From: an uncultured Desulfovibrionaceae bacterium
GTDB taxonomy: Bacteria; Bacillota; Dethiobacteria; DTU022; UBA8154
Direction: 5' to 3'
DNA: 64,000 nucleotides
Assembly (NCBI GenBank): GCA_964581355.1
Contig: CAZOOA010000004.1
Span: 17,591 to 81,590, forward strand
The translations under genes were made by a program, and so were the position numbers. Of the stretch, positions 1 to 7,734 are shown piece by piece. The notes below the pieces were generated by a model, which saw only the letters and a program-made list of their open reading frames with translations, had not been told where the DNA came from and did no database searches. Position 1 is the stretch's first letter. The number at the start of each line of letters is the position of its first letter.

Positions 1-1359
1 CATACCGTAGATGGGCGTGCCTTCCGCCGAATTGGCCGCCGGGTTGACCACATCACAGGCCCCGACAACAAGAACTGCATCGGCTTCCGGAAACTGCTGG
101 TTCGCCTGCTCCATCTCCCAGAGTTTGTCGTAGTCGATACCCACTTCCGCCAGCAGAACGTTCATATGGCCGGGCATACGTCCGGCTACAGGATGAATGG
201 CCATGATCGTTTCTGTGCCTTGAGATTCCAGGTAGTCGACCAGTTCCTTGACCTGCTGCTGAGCCTGCGCTACGGCCATCCCGTAGCCAGGGACAATAAT
301 AACTTTTTCTGCCTTGCCCAGTATTTCCGCTGCGGTTTCGGTTGGCGACAGGGCTAGGGCAGACGTCTCCTCCCCGGGCCGCTGCTCCCGGTTTAGTTTT
401 TCCGTAAGGCCAGGAAAGACCGTTTCAACTTTTTCTTCTGCAGCGGGCTTTTCCAGCAGTTCTTCTTCAGCCATGCTTTTGCCTGAATGGTTAACCAATT
501 CTTCGCTTAGACCTGCAGTTGCAGTGCCAGTTGCTCCGGCTGTTACATGGGCCGCTTTAAAACCACCCAGCACATTCTTCAGGTTTCTATTCATGGCCCG
601 GCACATAATACCCGTTAAGATAAGACCGGCCACGCCGACCAAAGCACCGGCACCAACCAGGATCAAGTGCTGGACTGCTAACCCGGTGACAGCAGCAGCC
701 ATGCCCGAAAAAGAATTCAATAATGATATGAGCACAGGCATATCTGCTCCACCTACACGCAGTGCCATGAAGATACCGTAAAGAGCAAAGACCAGCAGGG
801 TAAAAGGCCAGAGCTGCCCGAAAAGCGCCCCCTGACCGGTGCTGCTAAAAGCAACAAGCACCACACCCAGAATAAGCAGCAGCATCAGGATAGAACGGTG
901 TCCCGGTAATTGGACTGGTTGCTGTGCCACCCAATTCTGCAACTTGCCAGCAGCGACAATGCTGCCGAAGAAGGTAAGTGTACCGATGGCCAGCGCCAGT
1001 GCAGCGGGTAAAAAAAACCACCAGTTCCCTGTTTCCACAGACAACAGGACCGTTCCCACGGCCACAAAAGCAGAAGCAGCACCGCCAGAACCGTTTAATA
1101 AGGCCACTGCCTGGGGCATTTGGATCATTTTCACTTTTCCGCCCAGCAGCAGCCCCAGTGCGAGCCCGAACAGAATGAAGAGCCAAAAGACAGGATCGGC
1201 AGCAACCTCAAAGGCAATCAGTGCATAAATAATTCCCACCACCATACTGCATGCACCCAGGCGGTTACCCCACAAGGCCGTGCGGGGCGACTGAAGAAGT
1301 CGTAAGCCTACTAGAAAGCCAGCTATAATGACAGCTCCAAAAATGATCTCTGCAATCAT
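1..1359 (-). CDS. pntB: NAD(P) transhydrogenase subunit beta (PntB). The C-terminal end runs past the window start. The start ATG is the reverse complement of 1357-1359.
   Basis: The reverse-complement translation starts MIAEIIFGAVIIAGFLVGLRLLQSPR and continues as a multi-TM region. The C-terminal part (plus coordinates 1-400) reads IIVPGYGMAVAQAQQQVKELVDYLESQGTETIMAIHPVAGRMPGHMNVLLAEVGIDYD, the classic NADP(H)-binding dIII domain. It lies directly downstream of pntAB. It is not in the ORF track because its stop is outside the window. Confidence 0.85.
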   Translation of the reverse strand, partial: MIAEIIFGAVIIAGFLVGLRLLQSPRTALWGNRLGACSMVVGIIYALIAFEVAADPVFWLFILFGLALGLLLGGKVKMIQMPQAVALLNGSGGAASAFVAVGTVLLSVETGNWWFFLPAALALAIGTLTFFGSIVAAGKLQNWVAQQPVQLPGHRSILMLLLILGVVLVAFSSTGQGALFGQLWPFTLLVFALYGIFMALRVGGADMPVLISLLNSFSGMAAAVTGLAVQHLILVGAGALVGVAGLILTGIMCRAMNRNLKNVLGGFKAAHVTAGATGTATAGLSEELVNHSGKSMAEEELLEKPAAEEKVETVFPGLTEKLNREQRPGEETSALALSPTETAAEILGKAEKVIIVPGYGMAVAQAQQQVKELVDYLESQGTETIMAIHPVAGRMPGHMNVLLAEVGIDYDKLWEMEQANQQFPEADAVLVVGACDVVNPAANSAEGTPIYGM

Positions 1360-1364
1360 GAAAT

Positions 1365-1679
1365 CTACTCCTTCTCAAGTTGTTCAGGATGTTTTTTCCT
1401 AAACATGCGCAGCATCCTCTCCGTTACATAAAACCCGCCGGCCACATTGACCATTGCCAACACAAGGGCAATTCCTGCCAGAACAATATATTCCCTGGGA
1501 ACCAGGGCAAAAATGGCAATAGCTCCCAGGATTGTCACCCCGGAAAGAGCATTCATCCCCGACATGAGAGGGGTATGCAGCAGTGAGGGCACTTTGGATA
1601 TAACCCAGTAACCAAGAAGCGCCGAAATAATTAGAACGGTGAGTAAGAGAAGCAACATAGGTAACCTGTTAGGAGACAT
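1365..1679 (-). CDS. pntAB: NAD(P) transhydrogenase subunit alpha part 2 (small membrane subunit)
   Basis: A 104-aa hydrophobic protein (LLLLTVLIISALLGYWVISKVP...GVTILGAIAIF) sits between pntAA and pntB. This is the typical split-alpha arrangement. Confidence 0.85.
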   Translation of the reverse strand: MSPNRLPMLLLLLTVLIISALLGYWVISKVPSLLHTPLMSGMNALSGVTILGAIAIFALVPREYIVLAGIALVLAMVNVAGGFYVTERMLRMFRKKHPEQLEKE

Positions 1680-1768
1680 AATCCAGATGTCATGAATCTT
1701 TCTTGTTTGGATATGCCCCCTTACGACAGGCTTTTCGCCTCCTTGTTCATAATATATATCAACCCCGC

Positions 1769-2953
1769 TTACGCTTTACTTTTTTGTCTTTCCATGGCCA
1801 AAAGTGTTCCCCGGTGAACAACTTCCCCTTGATGCGTAACCAATGAGGATTTTATAATTTCATCTTCGGTGTTCATAACCAGACCATGCTTTGCCAGGTA
1901 CGTAAGTAAATGCCACATATTAAAAGAAATCATCTTGGTCGCATCGATAGCCAGTGTAGCGGGAAGATTCATAATTCCACTGACTGTGATCCCCTCATAC
2001 ACATAATTTTCACCCGGGCGGGTAACTTCACAATTTCCTCCCTGGTCAACAGCAATGTCTATGATCACAGAACCTTTTTTCATTTTCTCGATCATGGATT
2101 TTTCCAGGAGAATTGGAGACTCTTCACCAGGAATCAGGGCAGATAAAATGATCGCATCACATGTTTGGACCAGTTCTGCAAGAATGTCTCGTTCTTTTTG
2201 ATACCATTCAGGCGGCAATCTCTTGGCGTAGCCTCCTTCACCTGCCGCTAATTCATCCGGAACATCAAACGGAACAAGCTCTGCCCCCAAGCTTTTAGAT
2301 TGTTCGTTTGCTTCTTTGCGAATATCTAAACTTTTCACTTTTCCGCCCATACGCTTGACCATCCCGATAGCCTGCAAGCCAACAACACCGGTTCCAACGA
2401 CCAGGAACTGTGCCGGCTGAATAACTCCAGAAGCTGTGGGCATCATTGGGACAAAGCGGGCCAGCAGGTTCGCTGCAAGAATAGCTGATTTGTATCCCGC
2501 TATGCTGCTCATGGAGGTTAGCGCATCCATTTGCTGGGCACGGGATATACGTGGAATACCGTCCAGTGTGAGACTGGTAATCTTTTTTTGCGCCAGCATC
2601 CGAACCATGTCATGATTAACCGGGTTTGCAGGGTGCAAAAAGCAAATGAGCAAGCTGTTTTCTTGCATAAATTCCACTTCGTGACACCCATACTCATGAT
2701 TAAAACAGGGTTCCTTGACTTTGAGCACTACATCGACATTGCCATAGAGCTCTTTTGGGCCTTTGACAATTTCTGCACCACTGGCCAGATAATCTTCATC
2801 GGAAATAAAAGCTCCTTGACCAGCATTTTGTTCCAAATAAACCTGCGCCCCAGCCTCTTTCATCTTCACTACAGAATCAGGCGACGCCGCAACTCTTTTT
2901 TCTCCATCCATGATCTCCCGGGGGATGCCGATTTTCAAATCACTGATTTGCAT
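1769..2953 (-). CDS. pntAA: NAD(P) transhydrogenase subunit alpha part 1 (alanine dehydrogenase/PNT domain)
   Basis: The 394-aa protein has an AlaDH/PNT N-terminal domain and a Rossmann motif VVGTGVVGLQAIGMVKRMGGKV. It is the first gene of the pntAA-pntAB-pntB operon. Confidence 0.9.
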   Translation of the reverse strand: MQISDLKIGIPREIMDGEKRVAASPDSVVKMKEAGAQVYLEQNAGQGAFISDEDYLASGAEIVKGPKELYGNVDVVLKVKEPCFNHEYGCHEVEFMQENSLLICFLHPANPVNHDMVRMLAQKKITSLTLDGIPRISRAQQMDALTSMSSIAGYKSAILAANLLARFVPMMPTASGVIQPAQFLVVGTGVVGLQAIGMVKRMGGKVKSLDIRKEANEQSKSLGAELVPFDVPDELAAGEGGYAKRLPPEWYQKERDILAELVQTCDAIILSALIPGEESPILLEKSMIEKMKKGSVIIDIAVDQGGNCEVTRPGENYVYEGITVSGIMNLPATLAIDATKMISFNMWHLLTYLAKHGLVMNTEDEIIKSSLVTHQGEVVHRGTLLAMERQKSKA

Positions 2954-3506
2954 TTTTATTCTCCTAACCTTTCATAGAATTTCGAGATAGCTTGTAAAAA
3001 GCTATAACCTTTAATTCCGGCAGGATATTCGATGCATTGATTTGGCTTTTGCCTGCAGGTTACAAATGCATAATTTCCTCCTCCTTGTCATTGAATTGTC
3101 CACCTATTCTTATTTTATACTATAACAGCTACAACTTAAATCCATTTAAACAAATTCTTAAAATTTGATTAAATATTTAAAAATTAAAGGAGATTCTCGG
3201 ATTATCCAGAATTTATTTATCGGGATACCGGGATAATTGATGGCAAAAAGTTAACAGACCGTTTTACCAACCAACATCCTTCACAGGAAAATAAGGGAAA
3301 AGCGGACTATTGCAAAAATATCGGCATTTCCCTGGTGATTGGCGCAGAAATGCTGGCCAGGGAAGGTTCAGCAAAAAGGAGTTGTGCCTTCCAAAAAAAA
3401 GGGGGTTCATGGTAAAATAATCAAAGGCAGGCAGCAAGCGAGATTAAAAAAAATGTAATCATTTGTATAGTACTGTTTCGATGATTTCAATAAATTAATA
3501 AATGGA

Positions 3507-3962
3507 GTGATTGTTTTGAAACTTTTGGTTTGCACAGACGGATCGGAACATAGTTTAAGGGCCATAAATGTAGCTTGCACCATTGCCGAAGGATGCAGAC
3601 CTGATGAAGTTTGTATCATTCATGTTTATCGTCCCCCGAATCCCCCCAATATTTCCTGGGAAGGCGCAACAGAAGAAAGCATGGAGTTCTTAAGAAAAAT
3701 CAATGAGCAGCAAGTAGAGGAAGCAAAGCAGATTTTATCAGAAGCCCGGGCGGTTTTCGAAAGCAGGAACATCAAGGCAAGTACAATTTTAGAGCAGGGA
3801 CATCCTGCAGAAAGAATTGTAAAAGTTGCTTCTGAAAAAGGGTTCGATATGATCGTTATCGGAAATAGAGGCACCGGTGATTGGAGCAAAAGTATTCTGG
3901 GAAGCGTAAGTAATACTGTGGTCCAGGAGGTTAAAAACTGCAGTGTGGTTACAGTAAAATAG
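3507..3962 (+). CDS. Universal stress protein (UspA family)
   Basis: The 151-aa protein reads ...LVCTDGSEHSLRA...VIGNRGTGDWSKSILGSVSNTVVQEVKNCSVVTV, the Usp ATP-binding motif G-x2-G-x9-G(S/T). GGAG at 3503-3506 suggests that a TTG at 3516 is an alternative start. Confidence 0.85.
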   Translation: MIVLKLLVCTDGSEHSLRAINVACTIAEGCRPDEVCIIHVYRPPNPPNISWEGATEESMEFLRKINEQQVEEAKQILSEARAVFESRNIKASTILEQGHPAERIVKVASEKGFDMIVIGNRGTGDWSKSILGSVSNTVVQEVKNCSVVTVK

Positions 3963-3995
3963 TTGTAACTGCTGGGCCCATTTATTACATCATAC

Positions 3996-4134
3996 GTCTC
4001 GAAGCCTTGGGGGCGGTTCTGGCGCTTTCCCTGCCGGTCCGCCGCTTCGCTCAGGAAGCGCCTGGACCGCCCCCAAGGCTTCGCATGCAAGTTTTTCTGA
4101 GTTATCCACAACATGGTTCTTTTTCAAGGATACC
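3996..4134. repeat. Structured palindromic intergenic repeat, copy A. Core GCGCTTTCCCTG. It also acts as the likely uspA terminator.
   Basis: The 28-nt arms at 4000-4028 and 4055-4083 pair at 26 of 28 positions, around an inner stem that flanks the core. GTTTTT follows at 4091-4096. The 3' module is GTTATCCACAACATGGTTCTTTTTCAAGGATACC. Homologous copies lie at 31205-31392 and, more diverged, at 52310-52610. Confidence 0.7.
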
Positions 4135-4174
4135 AGCAATTACAAATAGTTTTTTCTTCCAAGAATGAGATAAA

Positions 4175-4214
4175 CACCTCGGGATCCGGGGATTAAGCCT
4201 CGAAACCCGAGGTG
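4175..4214 (-). terminator. Stem-loop CACCTCGGG-N22-CCCGAGGTG downstream of the small basic ORF; putative terminator
   Basis: A perfect 9-bp stem, GC-rich, lies 19 nt past the stop of the 4233-4370 ORF. The U-tract is weak. Confidence 0.3.
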
Positions 4215-4232
4215 CATAACGTTTTATCCGTC

Positions 4233-4370
4233 CTACTTAAACAACCTGCGCATGCCTTTTCCCGTTGCCCGTCCAACTGCTCTTCTGCCTATTCTACGAC
4301 CGACCCTGCCTTTTTTCACCGCGTTGATGTCCCCAAGTAACCGGGCCAACTTGTACAGAAATGAACGCAT
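4233..4370 (-). CDS. Small basic protein (45 aa), hypothetical. Not in the ORF track because it is under 60 aa.
   Basis: ATG at 4370 is preceded by AAAGGAG with a 7-nt spacer. The translation is MRSFLYKLARLLGDINAVKKGRVGRRIGRRAVGRATGKGMRRLFK, ending in TAG. The region is otherwise gene-free. A hairpin follows downstream. Confidence 0.45.
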   Translation of the reverse strand: MRSFLYKLARLLGDINAVKKGRVGRRIGRRAVGRATGKGMRRLFK

Positions 4371-4436
4371 GTTCTAACTCCTTTACATAGACAATAATCT
4401 TAACCAACTGTACACTTCCCTCTTTCACATGTTTAA

Positions 4437-4865
4437 CTAATTCAGCAGCGCTTCTATTCTTTTCAGAATATGCAAAATAGAACCATCTTCCAGGGCATTG
4501 AACAGGTGCCCGTCGCAGGAATGTTCACGGTGGATATGAGCAGTTAATAACATGGCACACTGAGCCAGATCGGCTTGCTGAATAAAAGATTTTTGATTTT
4601 CAAAAATCTTTTCTTCCTGAAGCCATCCGTTCCAGTTAAAAGAGATTACTATCTCTGCTTCATAGCATTGCTCGATAAACTTCAGCACAACATTGGAATA
4701 TTTTACATAGGGCATAACGTTACCACTGTTTTTTTGCTGTTCAATCCGGGAGCTATCGCCGTAGTTACCTTTTTCCAGTTGAGGAATGAAGTCTGTCAGG
4801 CGCTGCCATTGCCGGGGCGATACATTTTTAACTTTTAAAGCCGCTTTATCGTAGTATTGGTTCAT
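4437..4865 (-). CDS. Hypothetical protein (142 aa)
   Basis: A clean ORF with no recognisable motifs: MNQYYDKAALKVKNVSPRQWQRL... Confidence 0.5.
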   Translation of the reverse strand: MNQYYDKAALKVKNVSPRQWQRLTDFIPQLEKGNYGDSSRIEQQKNSGNVMPYVKYSNVVLKFIEQCYEAEIVISFNWNGWLQEEKIFENQKSFIQQADLAQCAMLLTAHIHREHSCDGHLFNALEDGSILHILKRIEALLN

Positions 4866-5235
4866 TTTCAGCTTTTCCTTTCTTTAAATGATTTGCCAGC
4901 TAGTCGACTCTTTATTAACTTCCTTCTAATGAAATATTAAACGAAAGCGTTCTTTTCTCCTTCATTTTTCTTCAATTCGCAGGTTTGAAATAATTCAATA
5001 CAGGGCATTTGTAAGCTTCATACGCCGTTATGGAATGGATGCCAAAGAAGATCGCGGAAAAATTGTCTTGATCGATGAAATTTCCGGGGGAAACATGAGA
5101 GCCTATCAAGATGGCCAGCGCCTGGAGCCGTTGGTGCTGGAAAGTAAACTTCTGGAAAGTTAAGCTTTGGGGCAAAAGCAATGCTTGTTGATAATGAAAT
5201 AAATAGAAGTTTATTTTTCCGGTTGGCTTTTCCCG

Positions 5236-6483
5236 CTACCACCGGCGTGCTTTTAATTTTTTGATGGCCTCTTCCAGGTCCTCCACGCTTAGTTCGTACA
5301 TGGGAAAAACCTGTCGGATCATGGAGATAGTGTAGCTTCCGGTAGTCCTGTCCCAAAATTTGGCAGGAATGGGGTTTAACCAAACAGCGTGGTCAAAATG
5401 TCCAGCGATGCGCTTGAGCCAGGTAATCCCCGGTTCATCGTTGCTGTAACTCCAATCTATGGACCCGTCCACCATGGTCAGCTCGCTGGGGGCCATGCTG
5501 GCATCACCCAGGAAAATAACTTTGTAGTCCGGTTCCAGCATGCGCAGGAAATCTACTGTTTTGATGGCGCTGTCCATGCGGCAGGAAGGGTCCGTGTAGA
5601 TGTGCTGGTAAACACAGTTGTGGAAATATAAAAAGCGAAGATCTTTGAAATGGCTCGACCGGTTCATCGCTGTGAAGAGCTGGCTGCAGATATTCATGTA
5701 CGGCAGCATCGAGCCCCCTGAGTCCATGACCAGGGCAACTTTAACCAGGTTCTTGCGGCCACGGGTCCAGACCAAGTGGAGCAGGCCCGCTTTTTCGCCG
5801 GTCTTTTTGATTGTTTCGTCCATTTCCAGTTCTTCCCTGGGTCCTTCGTACTTGCTGCTGAGCTGCCGCAACTTGCGCAGGGCAATCTCAAACTGCCTGA
5901 CTCCGATGGTCCGGTCGGTGCGGAAACCCTGGAAATTGCGTTGGGCCGCAACCTGGACAGCCGACTGGTTTATCCCCTCGCCGTCGATGCGTATACCCGC
6001 AGGATGGTATCCCGAATGGCCAAAGCGGGATGTACCCCCTGTGCCCACCCAGGTGTCCCCGCCATGGTGTTCTTCTGTTTGCTCTTCCAGGCGCTGCTCC
6101 AGTTGGCGGCGCAGCTCATCCAGGTCCCAGTTTTGAAACTGCTGGCGTTCCCCAGGTGATATCTGCCTGGGTGGAAGGGCGTTCTCCAACCACTGAAGCA
6201 CTTTCTCTGTTAACTCCACGGGGGTTTCAATGTCGTTAAAGTAATGGGCAAAAGCCATATCGTAACGGTCAAAATGAGTTTCGCTTTTTACCAGCACAGC
6301 CCGGGCGAGGTAGTAAAAACCTGTCAGACTGGACTGAGCCATCCCTCTGCTCAGTGACTCTGTCAGGGTCATCCATTCTGTAATGGACACAGGAACCCCG
6401 TATGAACGAAGCAGATAGAAAAAATCTATAAACATTGCTGTTTTTTCCTTTCTGTACCGTGCCTTTCCATCCATTTCTTTCAT
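5236..6483 (-). CDS. VWA domain protein, CoxE-like (partner of the MoxR ATPase)
   Basis: An internal MFIDFFYLLRSYGVPVS... matches the usual N-terminus of CoxE-family VWA proteins. The C-terminal VWA has LVMDSGGSM (a MIDAS-like DxSxS). The ATG at 6483 directly abuts the MoxR stop (TAAATG). An alternative ATG at 6435 has a purine-rich SD. Confidence 0.8.
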   Translation of the reverse strand: MKEMDGKARYRKEKTAMFIDFFYLLRSYGVPVSITEWMTLTESLSRGMAQSSLTGFYYLARAVLVKSETHFDRYDMAFAHYFNDIETPVELTEKVLQWLENALPPRQISPGERQQFQNWDLDELRRQLEQRLEEQTEEHHGGDTWVGTGGTSRFGHSGYHPAGIRIDGEGINQSAVQVAAQRNFQGFRTDRTIGVRQFEIALRKLRQLSSKYEGPREELEMDETIKKTGEKAGLLHLVWTRGRKNLVKVALVMDSGGSMLPYMNICSQLFTAMNRSSHFKDLRFLYFHNCVYQHIYTDPSCRMDSAIKTVDFLRMLEPDYKVIFLGDASMAPSELTMVDGSIDWSYSNDEPGITWLKRIAGHFDHAVWLNPIPAKFWDRTTGSYTISMIRQVFPMYELSVEDLEEAIKKLKARRW

Positions 6484-7401
6484 TTACCAGCTGCGCCTGA
6501 AACCTGCACCGGAAGTCTTTTTCTGGGGGCCCTGGTTGTGCAGCTGCCTTAAGATATGTTCGAAATCGCGATCCTTTTTCAGCAGAACACCCAGAAAGGG
6601 AAGTTCCCCGGTCAGCTGGTCCGGGCTGACTCCCCCGATAGCCAAGGCCTGCACCCAATCCAATAATTCGCTGGTGCTGGGTTTTTTCTGCAAGCTGCCG
6701 ATACTGCGGATCCAGTAAAATGCCTCGATGGCCTGATTGACCAGTTTTTGCTGCAGGTCCGGGTAATGGACACGGACTATTTCAGCCATCATCGGGGAGT
6801 CGGGAAAGGCGATATAGTGAAAGATGCAGCGGCGCAAAAAAGCATCGGGCAACTCTTTTTCCGCGTTGCTGGTAATGATCACAATAGGACGATGCCTGGC
6901 CTGCACCGTTTCGCCAGTCTCCGGGATATCAAAGCTCATGATATCCAGTTCCCAGAGCAAATCATTGGGGAACTCGATGTCCGCCTTATCTATCTCGTCA
7001 ATAAGCAGCACCACCTGCTGCTCTGACTGGAAGGCCTCTCCCAGTTTGCCCAACTTGATATATTGGCTGATATCGGAGACATCATGGTCGCCAAACTGGC
7101 TGTCGTACAACCGCTGGACTGTGTCATAGACATAAAGGCCATCTTTGGCTTTGGTTGTAGATTTGATATTCCAGATCAGCAGCCTTTTCCCCAGCCCTTC
7201 GGAGATGCTTTGGGCAAGCATGGTTTTCCCGGTACCCGGTTCGCCCTTGATCAGCAAGGGCCTGCCCAGGGCTGCGGCCACATTGACGCTGTTCTGCAGT
7301 TCTTCAGATGCGATATAGTCATTTGTCCCGGAATAAAACGCCTGTTTTTCTTGCAAGGTCACAGCCTCCCACTTTTCATGGTATGAGTTTTTAATAAACA
7401 A
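6484..7401 (-). CDS. MoxR-like AAA+ ATPase (CbbQ/NorQ/CoxD family)
   Basis: Walker A is LLIKGEPGTGKTMLA. Walker B is VVLLIDEIDKA. Sensor 1 is PIVIITSN. Total length is 305 aa. Confidence 0.85.
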   Translation of the reverse strand: MFIKNSYHEKWEAVTLQEKQAFYSGTNDYIASEELQNSVNVAAALGRPLLIKGEPGTGKTMLAQSISEGLGKRLLIWNIKSTTKAKDGLYVYDTVQRLYDSQFGDHDVSDISQYIKLGKLGEAFQSEQQVVLLIDEIDKADIEFPNDLLWELDIMSFDIPETGETVQARHRPIVIITSNAEKELPDAFLRRCIFHYIAFPDSPMMAEIVRVHYPDLQQKLVNQAIEAFYWIRSIGSLQKKPSTSELLDWVQALAIGGVSPDQLTGELPFLGVLLKKDRDFEHILRQLHNQGPQKKTSGAGFRRSW

Positions 7402-7419
7402 TTCTAATTGCCAAACCTT

Positions 7420-7734
7420 TTACGTCCCAAGGCCCTCGATCTCAATAACTTTGTAGAGTTCAATGGTATCAAACATTTCCCGAATATAATCGCTGCTGAT
7501 TTGGATGATTTTTAACCCGCCGCCCTGTTCTTTTAACCGTTTCTGGGAGACCAACAGCGGGCTTATTCCGGCAGTATCGATCATCTGGACATGGGAAAAA
7601 TCGAGCACAATCTTCCTGTAACCCTGCTCGCACAGGTCGTATAGAGTCTGCTTGAACTCTTCGGCATTTTCAAAATTAACGACTCTTTTAGGCAGGATGA
7701 TCTTTACCTCTTCCCCGTTGTGTTCTATTTGCAC
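7420..7734 (-). CDS. STAS-domain anti-sigma-factor antagonist (SpoIIAA/RsbV-like)
   Basis: The 104-aa protein has IVLDFSHVQMIDTAGISPLL with the conserved Ser/Thr phosphoacceptor context. It has a GTG start and an AAGGGGA SD. It overlaps the upstream gene by 10 nt. Confidence 0.85.
   Translation of the reverse strand: MQIEHNGEEVKIILPKRVVNFENAEEFKQTLYDLCEQGYRKIVLDFSHVQMIDTAGISPLLVSQKRLKEQGGGLKIIQISSDYIREMFDTIELYKVIEIEGLGT

Noticed and set aside
4866-5235. 42-aa plus-strand ORF (ATG 5035 to TAA 5163; MDAKEDRGKIVLIDEISGG...) in the 370-bp gap
   Set aside because: The SD is weak. It has no conservation signal I can assess. An upstream in-frame extension lacks a start codon. It is left uncalled.
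5389-6239. Several plus-strand ORFs of 70-170 aa inside the VWA gene (5389-5631, 5618-6136, 5776-6159, 6030-6239)
   Set aside because: They are antisense to a well-supported VWA gene. They are Arg/Pro/Ser-rich with no RBS. They are typical shadow ORFs.
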